Part shown: one piece after another, positions 14,044 to 27,332 of the stretch
How positions within the stretch are numbered: the stretch's first letter is position 1
Layout: each line of letters opens with the position of its first letter
Origin: Octopus vulgaris
Taxonomy: Eukaryota
Length of the DNA stretch: 64,000 nt
NCBI GenBank assembly: GCA_951406725.2
Contig: OX597816.1
Location: 135,408,001-135,472,000 of the forward strand
Reading direction: 5' to 3'
Position numbers and translations under genes: made by a program
Notes under the pieces: generated by a model
Told to the model about the DNA's origin: nothing
The model's input: only the letters and a program-made list of their open reading frames with translations
The model's database searches: none

Positions 14044-14477
14044 TATACATACACAAACACACATTCATATATATATATATATATACAGACAGACAGTATA
14101 TATACATACAGAAAGACAGACATACACAAACACACACATTCATATATATACAGACAGACATATACATACACAAACACACACATTCATATATATAGAGTGA
14201 GAGACAGATAGACAGGCAGACAGACAGACAGGCAGACAGACATAATATACATACATACATACATACATACATATGCTAATATACACTTTGTCTTCTATTC
14301 ATCGCTTCCCTTTCTCTTACGCAACATAATCGAACACACATACACACGCGCTACGGAGTGCACATGTATCAATTATATTACCCTTAGAAAATATATATCG
14401 TATATATCTGACTCATCCTCAAGACAACAAAAACCTTCCTCTTCCCTCTCTTCATCTCTCTCTCTTTCTCTCTCTCA

Positions 14478-14535
<58 letters not shown>

Positions 14536-15287
14536 TTCTCCCACTACAATCTGCATCTTTCAGCTTAATCGGTATTTCGATTTCTGTAAATCATGTGCAA
14601 CGCTGGTGAATAACGTTTATTTTTCATCACAAACAAAATTTCTTTAAATGTTTACAAGCCAATGACTATCAACAACAGCTACTGAAAAGAAGGGAAAAGG
14701 AAAAAAAAAAAAAACAGTAGGAAAAAAAGAAACAAGAAAAGAAAAGAAAAGAACAGGAATATATATACCAATTTTGGCCATTTAATCTATGAAATTCGTC
14801 TGGTAAATTTCTTTCACCGACGGAATATCTGATTTCTCAAGAATTCGCTAACCACAAGAATGGTATCTTAAATATGGTTGTTGATCAATTTTCCTTGTAA
14901 AAAAAATTATAATTTACTAAGGATGGCAGTTCCAAAGCCGAAACATTGTCAGCACTCGTTGGAAGACAAGAAGGAGAAACAGGTCGTTTAATCATTTCTT
15001 TATTTATTTGGGGTTTTTTTTTTTACATGATTGCATGTGCGCACGCACACACGCATCTACACAATACATATCTACACATACATACACACATACAAACACA
15101 TATACATACATACATACATACATACATACATACATACATACATACATACATACATACATACATACATACATACATACATACATACATACATACATACATA
15201 CATACATACATACATACATACATACATACATACATACATTAGAAGGTTTGGAGATGATGTACAGGTATTATATATTAGAAGAAATAA

Positions 15288-15495
15288 GGCGGCGAGCTGG
15301 CAGAAACGTTAGTACGCCGGGCGAAATGCGTAGCCGTATTTGACGTTCTGAGTTCAAATTCCGCCGAGGTCGACTTTGCCTTTCATCCTTTCGGGGTCGA
15401 TAAATTAAGTACCAGTTACGCACTGAGGTCGATGTAATCGACTTAATCCGTTTATCTGTCCTTGTTTGCCCCCTCTATGTTTGCCCCCTCTATTT
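15288..15495 (+). mobile_element. SINE family (GAGCTGGCAGAAACGTTAG head; GTCGACTTTGCCTTTCATCCTTTCGGGGTCGATAAA core); copies at about 2000-2335(-), 5385-5565, 8490-8690, 17985-18120, 22606-23035, 25366-25565, 59790-60000(-)
   Basis: Dispersed repeat with a B-box-like GAGTTCAAATTCC and many copies. Confidence 0.8.
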
Positions 15496-15997
15496 ATTAG
15501 TATGTTACATGTTTTTATAAATCATATATCATATATGATCCAGGTTTCTGGGTATTTACCCGTCATCAGCGCACGACAATCACTTTTATACATACATACA
15601 TACATACATACATACATACATACATACATACATACATCCTCACACACACACACACACTTGGAAACGAATTCAATGCCCTGTCCAACTGTTGTAGAATCAG
15701 GGACTCCCCTATGTGACTCACCAATTTGTGTTGTTATATAGAAAGTCGTTTGCAGCTTTCTGTGACAGACCATGTAAAGAAGTCTGTTTCGTTTAATTTT
15801 TTGGTTGGTGTTGAGGGCCAAACATACAAATAGATGTTTATCGATGGCGTGTTTGTGTGTGTATGTGTGTGTGTGTGCGCGCGCGCGCGCGCGCGTGAAT
15901 GAGTGTTCAGATCGAAGATACAATCTGAGATGTATTGTTTAAATCTGTGTATGTATGTGTGTTTGTTTGGTTGGTTGATTGGTTGGCTTGTTGGTTT

Positions 15998-16059
<62 letters not shown>

Positions 16060-16641
16060 TGTGTGTGTTTGGTTGGTTGGATGGTTAGTTGGTTGTTGGC
16101 TAGTTGGTTTTGTATCTGTGTGTGTTTGGTCGGTGGATTGTTGGTTGTTTGGTTTTGTGTGTGTGTGTGTGGTTGGTTGGTTGGTTGGTTGGTTGATTTT
16201 GTGTCAGTGCACGTGTATTGTGTGTTTATTTGCTTGGTTGTGTGTATATATGCGCATGTGTGTTCGCGTACGTGTGTATGTTTATAGATTTTGTATAAAA
16301 ATGAGATAGTGTTCGAATCGAAGATACAAGACAGACTCTGAGATGTATGATGTATGAATATGCATATGATTACAGGCACAACCGAACGAGTAAGAAATTC
16401 GCTTCGCACACGTGAGGTCGCGAGTTCGATCCCAATGCGTACGATCTTGGGTTGACTGGCTTTTATCCCAAACCCCCAAATCTACCTGAGCTTTCGGCTG
16501 GCGGAAATTGTGTGGGTATCATTTGAACAGGCTTTACATGCAATTCAAAAGGTCGCGCACATTCCACACATACACACACGAACGTACACACACGCATGCA
16601 TGTACACACACACACATTTATTTTTCTGCAAGCTAAGAGTT

Positions 16642-16691
<50 letters not shown>

Positions 16692-16746
16692 TGTATATGT
16701 ATATATATATATATATGTATATATATGTTCATATGCATATTTTATA

Positions 16747-16786
<40 letters not shown>

Positions 16787-16839
16787 ATAAGCCACATATA
16801 TAGTATATACAATATATATATATTCTTATTTTCTTTTAT

Positions 16840-17270
16840 TCTTTCACTTGTTTCAGTCGTTTGACTGCGGCCATGCTGGGGCACCGCCTTTAGTCGAGCA
16901 AATCGACCCCAAGACTTATTCTTTATAAGCCCAGTATTTATTCTGTCGGTATCTTCGGCTGAACTGCTAAGTTACGGGGACGTAAACACACCAGCATCGG
17001 TTGTCAAGCGATGTTGAGGAACGAATACAGCCACACAAACACACACACGCACAAACACACACACACACACATATATATATATTTATATATATATATATTT
17101 ATACATACGACGGGCTTCTTTCAGTTTCCGTCTACCAAATCTACTCACAAGGCTTTGGTCGGCCCGAGGCTATAGTAGAAGACACTTGCCCAAGGTGCCA
17201 CGAAATAGGACTGAACCCGGAACCATGTGGTTGGTAAACAAGCTACTTACCACACAGCCACTCCTGCACC
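16840..17270 (-). mobile_element. Bipartite SINE with internal microsatellite; other copies at 10628-10975, 19495-19785, 23570-23920, 42325-42680, 44700-45010, 49170-49325, 51850-52010, 62370-62560
   Basis: tRNA-like head (GGCTGTGTGGTAAG...GGGTTCAGTCC), then (TA)/(TG)n, then a second module ending GGCGGTGCCCCAGCATGGCCGCAGTC..GACTGAAACAAGT. Confidence 0.8.
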
Positions 17271-17822
17271 TGTATATATTTATATATATATTGTTTGTTT
17301 ACTTAAATGCGTTCCACAAGCACAAACGCACAAATACTTTCTCTCTAACGCTGAAGGATATACCTTTAAAAAGGAAGAGGAGGATTAAAGGTAGAGGAGG
17401 AGGGGGAAGGGGAGGAGGAGCAGGGGGAGTCTACAAAATTTTACGCTCATCAGCATTACCCACCATTATAAATGATACCATATTGCTGCTTAAGAAAGTA
17501 ACTCAGCTTTCGAGCTGTCTTAGAAACAGAATCCTGCAACTCCTCTCACCTCGCTGCCAACTCTACAGCTATGTGTTATACATGAAAAGCGTTCGTTAAT
17601 CAAAATTAGCTACCCCCCAGCTTAACATTGCTATATTCTCAAGTTGATATATGAAGATAACAACAGCCATTTCCTTGCCGTCTATTAGAAATGTGCATTT
17701 ATATGATGGCCATGCTAGAATTTAATTTATTTATGAAATTACGCAAAAGTAGACAATAAAATTTCCAAATACCTTTAGTTTAGTTATATAGAATAAATAA
17801 ATAAAAAAAAAGATACTGCGAA

Positions 17823-17875
<53 letters not shown>

Positions 17876-18773
17876 CGTGCGTGTGCGTGCGTGCGTGCGT
17901 GTGTGTGCGTGTGTTTTATGCGTATGAATGCTTTTGAATTTTACAAAAAAAATAAATGGATGAAAACGTATTTAATATATACAGAAGAATTCCGCCAAAG
18001 TCGACTTTGCTTTTCATCCTTTCCGGCTCGATAAAATAAGTACCAGTTGAGTCCTAGTGTCGATGTAATCGCTGTATCCCCTTCGTCGAAATTGCTGGCC
18101 TTGTGCCAAAATTTGAAAACAATAGAGAAGAATTTATACACATACATACATACATACATACATAATACATACATACCTATATCTATATGTGTGAGTGTGC
18201 ATATATTTATTTGTATACACACACACACATACATATATATACACATGCCTATATATATATGTGTGTATATATGTGCATGTATACATATATGTGTGTGTAC
18301 ATATAATGTATGTATATGTATACACACACGCACACACATTCACATACACACACATAAAATATAATCCCTTGTAAATTTATTTCATTTTAACCCATTGTCA
18401 CACTTCGTCTACTGCTTGGTAAAAGCCATCTTCAGTTTTATTTCATTTTCATCTTATTATCACTATCATTTAAAGATTGGATTTTAATATTTTTATTATT
18501 ATTAGTATCATTCGGTTCGCCTTTATTCTGTTACTGCTATTGTTGTTGATACTATTATTGTGATATTACATTTGTATTTGGTTTTGTGTCACTACAACTA
18601 TGTGTCTCCCTCGAATCTAACAAATTGATTGATGGAGAATGATAGGCATGCTATATCTGATGAAACTCAAAGAAATCCGACAGCTCTTGATAGCATTCCA
18701 CCTGAGGAAGCACCAACACAGCTGTTACCGGGAAATATTTAATTATAAGATTATTTAGAATAATCTTATATAA

Positions 18774-19210
18774 TCTATATATATAAAACTGAGAATGTGT
18801 GTCTGTCTGTCGGTGTGAACCCCTAAAACTTGAGAACTACACAACCAATTTCATTCAAATTTTACACATACCTTACTTAGAGTCCAGGGAGTGTCATGGG
18901 CAAAAAACTTCTAACTTTTTGCCTAGGGTGAGCCCACAACAATATCATATCTTCTCCACTATTTCAGTATTACGCGTTAAAAGTGAAACAAAAACATCTC
19001 TCTATCGTAATGTCAGATACTTTCACTTTAATACTGAAACTATTAAAGTCAAACTATTATATAAGAGGGATGAACCATTAACAGTGGACATCCATTTTGC
19101 TAGAAGAAGATCCGCTATAGTCTTCTATGCTACACCACTGGTTTTCAATTCATATTAATCAAATTAATATTCAATTTCTCACCCTTGTTATTTTAAATTT
19201 AAATTTAAAA
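18774..19210 (+). mobile_element. Non-autonomous Helitron, 5' part
   Basis: A|TC start followed by TATATAAA and a (GTCT)n motif, like the other Helitron copies. The 3' CTAG end was not seen. Confidence 0.55.
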
Positions 19211-19830
19211 CCAGGACCATGTGTTTTGGAACAAAGTTTGTTACCACACAGTCACACCTGCACCTATGTATGTATGTATGTGTGTGTGTGTATAGCTGTA
19301 TATGTATACATTTATTTCTATACATATAGATGTATATGTATACATGTATATGTGTATATATATAGATGTATACATGTATATGTGTATATATATAGATGTT
19401 CATGTAATATGTACACATATATATTCACATATATACATGCATATATATATTTACACCCATACACACACACACACACACATACACACACAGGTGCAGGTGT
19501 GGCTATGTGGTAACAAACTTGGTTCCAAAACACATGGTCCTCAATTCAGTCCCACTGTGTGGTGACTTGGCATGTGTCTTCTGCTATAGCCTCAGACCAA
19601 CCAAAGCCTCGTCAGTGGATTTTGTAGACAGAAACTGAAAGAAATCAATCGTATATATATGTAAGTCTGTGTGTGTCTCCCTCATCACTGCCTAACAACT
19701 GGTGTTCGTTTATTTACATCCCCATAACTTACTGGTTTCACAAGAATAAACTGATAGAATAAGTACCAGGCTTATCAAAATTAAGAAACCCACTAGGCAG
19801 TATCTCATATTTTTGTTTGCCCACACAATT

Positions 19831-19873
<43 letters not shown>

Positions 19874-20190
19874 TTCGTAGACAGAAACTTAAAGAAATCA
19901 ATCGTATATATATATGTATGTATATATTTAAGTGTATGTGTGTGACTTTGTTTCTGTGTTTCACCCTCATCACTGCTTCACAACTGCTGTTCATTTATTT
20001 ACATCCCCATAACTTACTGGTTTCACAAGAAGAAACTAAGAAAGTACCAGGCTTATCAACATAAAAAAGCACTACGCTGTGTCTCATATTTTTGTTTGCC
20101 CACTCAGTTGTATCTATCAATTTATCTTTGTGTGTGTGTGTATATATATATAATACACACACACACGCGCGCGCGCGCACGCACGCACAT

Positions 20191-20224
<34 letters not shown>

Positions 20225-20241
20225 ATATGTGTACATTCATA

Positions 20242-21914
20242 TTTATTATATCAAAAACAATGTCTTTATGTGTTCGTGTATTACTTATACATTCGAAAAC
20301 TGCTGCACCGATCATAATGAAATTTGGAACACAAAATCGAAGCCCAGGGAGAAGGGTAATGCTGTGTGTTTCATACAATTTCATGGACCAAAATTTCTGA
20401 ATGGATCCTTATGATATTTGAAACTTAGATTCAATGCATAAGGGCGGGTATAATGCAATATGTTTGGTTTGAATTTCGGATGGCTTAAAGGGGGCAGAAC
20501 CCCCCATGAAAATTCATAAATTTTCGATGTTGATGAAATTTCAACCACGGGTAATTGACACATCAGGAAGTATTCTCAAAGTTTCCACTTCACATGAGGA
20601 TTCTAAGACACCCTAATGGGGGCCTTAACTTCCAAATTTTAGTCATTTCTTTTATGATCCAAAACTAAGTCAAAAGTACTGAATGAATCTTTACAAATTT
20701 GGAAATTATATTCTATGCATAAGGGCCACAACCCCCATGACAATTCATATATTTTTGCTGTTGATGAAATTTTAACCATAGATATTAGATACAAATGAAG
20801 TAATATTTATAAAATTTCCTCTTCTTACAAGTTAGAAAGACCCCTTCATGGGGACTTAACACCCACAATTTTGTCATTTTATCTTAGCAAAGACGAATAA
20901 TTGTACTCTTGGGAGCTGTGGGGCCATCCGAGCATAGAAGATGCACATTATTTGTAATTCAATGGTACAACAGTGTAAGAGTTTGCTTTGACATACACTT
21001 ACATTGTGATTTCTGCAATGTGGTGCATAAATTGTCAAGTAAATGAGAGGCATCTATGCCTCCACTGATTCAGTTGCAAAGTATTGAGTAAAGTTATTTG
21101 ATTGCAAATCTCCTTTCAGTCTTTTTATTATCACTGGGTCACACATAGTCCCCACATGGTAACATTGATTTTAAGGCCTTCCCAGATGAGTGACTGGTTA
21201 TTCAAAGACATTTATAGATTGTATATTTATTCTGTCCAGTTACGTATCAGTATAGTGGTCATTTGCAAACTCCAACTTTCATTTCTCCTTAGCCCTCACG
21301 TCACACAGTTGTTAATGTTTACTTCAGTTGGATCACGCCCTTCCAATTGCTATAGATTCGTAATGCATCTTACGACTGTGCCTGTCAACTCGATGATGAC
21401 GAATACTACATTGGGAGTGGTAACGTCTAAGGTACTGTAGCTGACTGCTTATTGTGATCATTCGTCTTTTGGTTTCCTGTAGCTTTGCTCTCTTTTACAA
21501 ACCCAGTGAACATATATTTCCTATTTCAAAGAAATTCAAACAACAGATATAAGACCCAAGTAAAAAAGATTCTCAACAATTCAACTTCTCTGGTTGACAT
21601 TAAGACGCCCACCCCCAACAGGGGCGTTAACTCTCACATTTTAGAGCTCCATGACCTCCATTTTTCAGGAGCAAAATCCTTTTAACAGGTTCTATAAGAC
21701 TGGAATTTTGGAATATGCGCATAAAAATCAGCAGTATGGGATAGATGTGATTCGATTACAATTTTTGGGGTGTGTGTAAAGAGGGAAATAACCCTCATCT
21801 GCAATTTTGATGAAATTCGAAACATAGGTATTCCAGTTCATTACAGAAAATATAACAGAAAAGTCTAATTCTTCAATTGTATGTAACTCGGGTAACGCCG
21901 GGTATCTCTGCTAG
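20242..21914 (+). mobile_element. Long non-autonomous Helitron (about 1.7 kb)
   Basis: 3' hairpin CTCGGGTAACGCCGGG followed by CTAG|T. Recurrent GATGAAATTT subterminal motifs. The 5' boundary is approximate. Confidence 0.65.
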
Positions 21915-21954
21915 TGATGTATAAATGTAAAGCTGGTGTCCGATGCAGAAACAA

Positions 21955-22235
21955 ATGTTGTGATTTATTATTAAAACCTGCTCTTTCCCATCTTCGTGTA
22001 ATATTATGGTCAACAACAAGCATATGTACAAAAATGAAGGTTCGGCAATACAGTTCTTTAGTTTTACCAACATTTCCACATAGTTATATGGCTATGAAAT
22101 ATGGAAAATACGTATTTGTGAACGTGAACAAAAAGCTGAACAACACGTTCCACTACCGATGCATATGAAAGACCCTCAAAATCACCTAGCGAAACAATAT
22201 TACAAACGAGGACAGACTTCTGCGAAGAAAATCCC
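21955..22235 (+). mobile_element. Old RTE LINE fragment (post-RT region)
   Basis: LRVILWSTTSICTKMKVRQYSSLVLPT...KKLNNTFHYRC resembles the RTE motif TKxRLYxxxVLPxLLYG...FHxRCL. Confidence 0.65.
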
Positions 22236-22324
22236 AACCAGTGCAAAGCATTGAGTTGGTTATTTCCTTTTTTTTTTTTTTTACTTGACAGATCGTATTC
22301 TTCCCCGCCAACCACAATAACGCT

Positions 22325-22358
<34 letters not shown>

Positions 22359-23084
22359 AATACTCAAAGATTTTATCGCTCATCTATCCAAATACATCTA
22401 ATGTCCACCCATCCTTATAAAAACCATAAACCCTTTATCCACCCCCACAATCGTGAGCGCCCAGTCTCAGGAGCAGCTGAGAGTAGAGCGTCAACTTTTG
22501 ATACAAGAAACGTATCTGTCCAAACAACCCAACGTAATGAGTTCTGTATTAGATAATGTTTGTGCTATGTAATGTATATTGTAATATACATTATGACTAT
22601 GGCGACGGAGATGGCAGAATCGTTAGCACGCCAGGGAAAATGCTAAGCGGTATGTCGAGCTAGCAGAAACGTTAGCACGCCGGGCGAAATGCGTAGCCGT
22701 ATTACGTCTGCCGTTACGTTGTGAGTTCAAATTTCGCCGAGGTTGACTTTGCCTTTTATCCTTTCGGGGTCGTTTAAATAAGTACCAGTTACGCACTGGG
22801 GTCGATATAATAGACTTAATCCGTTTGTCTGTCCTTGTTTGTTCCTTCTGTGTTTAGCCCCTTGTGGGTAGTAAAGAAATAGGTATTTCGTCTGTCATTA
22901 CGTTCCGAGTTCAAATTCTGCCGAGAACGACTTTGCCTTTCATCCTTTCGAAGTCATTATAATAAGTACCGGTTGAACACTGCAGTCGATTTAATCGACT
23001 ATCCCTCTCCCCAAAAATGTCAGGCCTTGAACCTTTAGTAGCAAGGGATATATTTTACAACTCTTACATTACGATCGATCGATC

Positions 23085-23133
<49 letters not shown>

Positions 23134-23162
23134 GTAGGTAGGGAGGTAGGGAGGTAGGTAGG

Positions 23163-23209
<47 letters not shown>

Positions 23210-24170
23210 GTCTCTCCATCTTCGTCAATTTCCTGCAATTCTTTCTGCTCCTGTCTAACAGGTCCTCATGTATTTTAGGTCTTCTTAGTGTTACCGACAC
23301 CAGATGTTCTTGGACTAGTTTTTTTTTTTCCGTATTCCCCCCCGCCCCCCTTCCGGTGTCCACATCATTGCAGTCTTGCAATATGAAATGTCTGACAGAT
23401 GCAAAATCTGACCTAACACAAGTGAAACTGACATAGATCAATGATGTTTTACAATAGCTGGGATTTGCTTCTCAATTTGTAATTCTGTTTCGCCAGGTGA
23501 CTTTGAAGATATTATGTAGGCATCGTTATGGGAATCTTTTCTTCTTTTTTTTCTTTTTCTTTTATCTGTTTCAGTTATTAGACTGTGACCATGCTGAGGC
23601 ACCGCCTTATAAAATTTTAGTCGAATAAATCAACCCCCGTTCTTTTTTAAAGCCTGGTACTTATTCTACCGATCTCTTTCGCCGAACCGCTAAGCTACGG
23701 GAACGTAAACACACCAGCACCGGTAGTCAAGTGGTGGGGGGGGGGGGACAAACACTGACACAAACACACACCCGTGTGGTAAGAAGCTTGCTTCCTAACC
23801 ACATGGTTCCGGGTTCAGTCCCACTACGAGGTACCTAGGGCAAGTGTCTTCTACTATAGTCTCGGGCCGACCAAAGCCTTGTGAGTGGATTTGGTAGACG
23901 GAAACTGAAAGAAGCCCGTCATATATATATATAATATATATATATATCACCGTGACCGACCAGGCTATCAGATGTTGCTACACGTCGCTGGTCACAATGC
24001 GCTTCGCATTGTTTTAGCCTTCAAATGACGCCCCCCCCCCCCCCCACTGGCTAAGCGAGCAGGCCAACAGAAGAAAGAGTGAGAGAAAGTTGTGGCGAAA
24101 CATATACACATATATATATGACGGGCTTCTTTCAGTTTACGTCTACCAAATCCATATATATATATATATA

Positions 24171-24610
24171 CTAGCAGCATAGCCCGGCGTTGCCCGGGTA
24201 TGTAAGAGCCCCTAGTAGGCAACGACTAATCCCAATCTAGTCCTTTCCCTCTAGAGAACGAAGGCGCATGTGTAGGTTGCAATATCTTCTCTTCACTCGA
24301 ATACTTCTGTGTATACGATGTTCTTAGCTGTCCCTTTGGGCGATAAAAAGGTCGAGTTGTGTCCCCTAGACAGAAAATGTATTGCATATAAAAAGCTCAG
24401 ATTCTCGACCCCATGTCGAATTTATCGATTGTTTTCAGAACTGGGGGAACTTTTCAAAATTTTCGCTGCGTTAGTTTTGAATTATGACATTGGGCTATGT
24501 GTGTGTCAAGTTTCATCAGAATCGGTTGAAAGCCGTGGTCAGAGTGAGGGTACAACCTGACAGACACACAGACACACAGACAGACAAACTGCCGTTTATA
24601 TATAGAGAGA
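24171..24610 (-). mobile_element. Non-autonomous Helitron
   Basis: On -: TC start, (GTCT)n, 3' hairpin CCCGGGCAACGCCGGG, CTAG|T. Inserted in (TA)n. Confidence 0.85.
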
Positions 24611-24650
24611 TATATACATGTCAATCGGAACGGAACTCGGTCGTAAGTCG

Positions 24651-24857
24651 AGGAGAAAGTGTATATTATTTAAAACAGTTTGATTCTTTTCCGAGCGATT
24701 TAAAGTTTTGCGGGCGTCTAACAGAAGCCCGTCTCTTTCAGACTTTCATTGTCGAATGGAGAAATACCATTCAGTAATCTATGCCTGTTAGGGACCCACG
24801 AAACTTTAAATCGCATGGTGCCGAATCAGACTGTTTTGTATAATACATGTAACTCCT
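24651..24857. mobile_element. Small foldback/MITE with diverged arms of about 75 bp
   Basis: AGGAG...AAAACAGTTTGATTC...GCGATTTAAAGTTTTGCGGGCGTCTAACAG is inverted against CTGTTAGGGACCCACGAAACTTTAAATCGC...GAATCAGACTGTTTT...CTCCT. Confidence 0.7.
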
Positions 24858-25709
24858 ACTAAATGTGTTCAGTGTTTTTTTTTTCTTTCGTTTTTCCACT
24901 CAATCGACAGAAAGTTAGAAAAATTCTTCATTAGCGAAACGTTGTGCGCATGACACTTATCAAACTTACCGTGCGTGTACGCGCGCGCGCACACATACAC
25001 ACATATTTACACTCGCGCACAGCTATTTCAGATTTGTTGAATGCATTCATTCTCGATTACATTATGTGCTATTTATGCGCTGTTGTATTTTTGTTTTTCT
25101 ATAACTCTTATAATAACCATTATTTTCAGGCAGTATTTAGCTACATTTCAGATTCAAATTTTTCCAACTTTCCTTTAAACAATGTAAGATTTGTTATTTG
25201 ATGTAGATCAAATGCTGTGTTGTAGATATCAGTTTTAAAATCTTCGGCTTAACTGTTAAAATTTAAAAGACAAATATTAGTAAGGTACTGTATAAATAAA
25301 ATAAATTCAATATCACAATTAAAAAATAATTTCCTTGTTAATATTTGACATACAAATAGGGTAACGGAGCTGGCAGAAGGCATAGCAGGCAAAATGCTTA
25401 GCGGCATTTCGCCCGTCTTCATGCTCTGAGTTCAAATTCCGCTGAGGTCGACTTTGCCATTCATCCTTTCGAAGTCGATAAATTGAGTACCAGTTGAGTA
25501 CTGGGATCGATGTAATCGACTTACCCCAGTCCTGAAATTGCTGGTCTTATGCCAAAATTTGTAATCAATATTTTTACATTATAGCCTTCAAAATATTTGA
25601 AAATAATTTCTTTTTCATGAAACAAGCTTCATTTTTCAAAAGTTCAATTCTAATATCTCGTTTTTGTTTCGATCAGTTGTAGGCTTTTGGACAAAAATCA
25701 ACAGAGAAA

Positions 25710-26828
25710 ATGCCTGAATCTGCCGAAGGTGACTGGTCTTTAATTGAAGCCGCCAGAGATGGACGTCTTTCAAATGTTCAAGAGTTGTTGGAAAGCAAAT
25801 GTGCTAATTATATCCACCGTGACCAATCAGGTCGGACACCTTTACATTATGCTGCTGAAAATGGTAACCTACAGATATTGTGTTTGCTCATTGAAGCTAA
25901 TTTTGATATAAACGCTAAAGATAACCAAGGTCAGACACCTTTGCACATAGCTTGCCACTATCGACAATTGGAAATAGCAACTTGCCTGATCGCTCTAGGC
26001 TGTGATGTTAATACGTGCGACATTCAACACAACACACCACTGCACCGTGCCACACGCTCAAATCTCGATCAGTTGGTATCTGTGCTTTGTGAATGTGGTG
26101 CGTCAGTGAATGCTCTTAACTGCTGTCAATGGTCACCATTATATGAAGCTATTCGAATTGGTAATGAAACCATAATATCTTGCCTGCTTGACTATGGCGC
26201 TGACATCAACTTAATACAAAGAAATAACATGTCACCTTTCCTTACAGCAATATTTTACCACCGAATTGCATCGCGGAATAGCTACAACATAAGTTCGATT
26301 CTGAAATCTTTCATTCAATACGGCAGTCTTCTGAGTCACAGTGACGGTGTCTGGTCCCATTTATCAGCTGCTGTTTCCATTGATCAGACGGACGTTGGTA
26401 TCATACTTATTCTAAACGGATGTCGCATTGAAAAGCGTGGACGTTACAGTCGCAGTCTTCTAGTTGATATGTTTGATCGGTGTGAAACCCGATTAGTGAA
26501 ACTTTACGTTTTAGCCGGATATCCGGTGACTTGGGATGAAATTGATCAATGTTCACGTCGTGTACCCAGCTTCTCTCGTTCATTTATGAGACTCGTTCAA
26601 CCGGGTTCGGACATTTCAAGTGCCAGACGACACCTTCTCGACTGGTTACGTAAACGTATTAAAACACCTTGTACACTCAGTGAAATGTGTCGAACCTCAA
26701 TTCGTTCTAAATTAAATGAAGTCAGTGGAGACACAAACATCAACCCATTCATTGAGCGGTTGCCATTACCTAAATCTATTAAAGCCTATATAAGTATGTC
26801 CGATTGGATCTCAGAAAACTTGTCTTGA
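25710..26828 (+). CDS. Ankyrin repeat and SOCS box-containing protein (ASB family; predicted Cullin5-ElonginBC E3 substrate receptor), single coding exon, 372 aa
   Basis: Uninterrupted 372-aa ORF with about 6-7 ankyrin repeats (SGRTPLHYAAENGNLQILCLLIEANFDINAKD, QGQTPLHIAC, QHNTPLHRA, CQWSPLYEA). C-terminal SOCS box has a BC-box (PCTLSEMCRTSIR) and a Cul5-box (LPLPKSIKAYI). A pyrimidine tract and AG acceptor(s) just upstream (25660-25682) suggest a non-coding 5' exon. Confidence 0.93.
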   Translation: MPESAEGDWSLIEAARDGRLSNVQELLESKCANYIHRDQSGRTPLHYAAENGNLQILCLLIEANFDINAKDNQGQTPLHIACHYRQLEIATCLIALGCDVNTCDIQHNTPLHRATRSNLDQLVSVLCECGASVNALNCCQWSPLYEAIRIGNETIISCLLDYGADINLIQRNNMSPFLTAIFYHRIASRNSYNISSILKSFIQYGSLLSHSDGVWSHLSAAVSIDQTDVGIILILNGCRIEKRGRYSRSLLVDMFDRCETRLVKLYVLAGYPVTWDEIDQCSRRVPSFSRSFMRLVQPGSDISSARRHLLDWLRKRIKTPCTLSEMCRTSIRSKLNEVSGDTNINPFIERLPLPKSIKAYISMSDWISENLS

Positions 26829-27332
26829 TAATATTAATAGAAATTTCTGTGGACTCAGCTCAAGGCGAGATTTTGTAGGAATGGAATTTAGTCTATTAAA
26901 TTGACTACTGTATATTACTGGTGCTTATTTTATGAAACCAGAGGTGATGAGTAAAAAAATAAAGTTGCCACCTGTGGAATCTGAGGTCAGAAACAAGAAG
27001 CGCTGCACTAAATACTATAAAACATTTATTTCGGCGTTATACTGTTTGTGCTAACATAACGGATGTAAAATATTCATGCAATGACAACAGCATGACCATA
27101 ATTTAATCGATGTGAATATTAAGTTTTATTTTTGTATGGATATATATTTATACTTATGCTTGTGTTTTTGACAGTATTTTCATTTCATTTACTGATTTTG
27201 GTTTACCTCGACGATTGCGTCAGCAAAATAAAACAAATATGTTGGGAAAAGAAACTAAGATTGCCACTTCTTTTTCTCTTTCAGTTATCAAAAGATTTTT
27301 TGTAAATTGTTCTCCAGTTTAGCCGTTAAATA

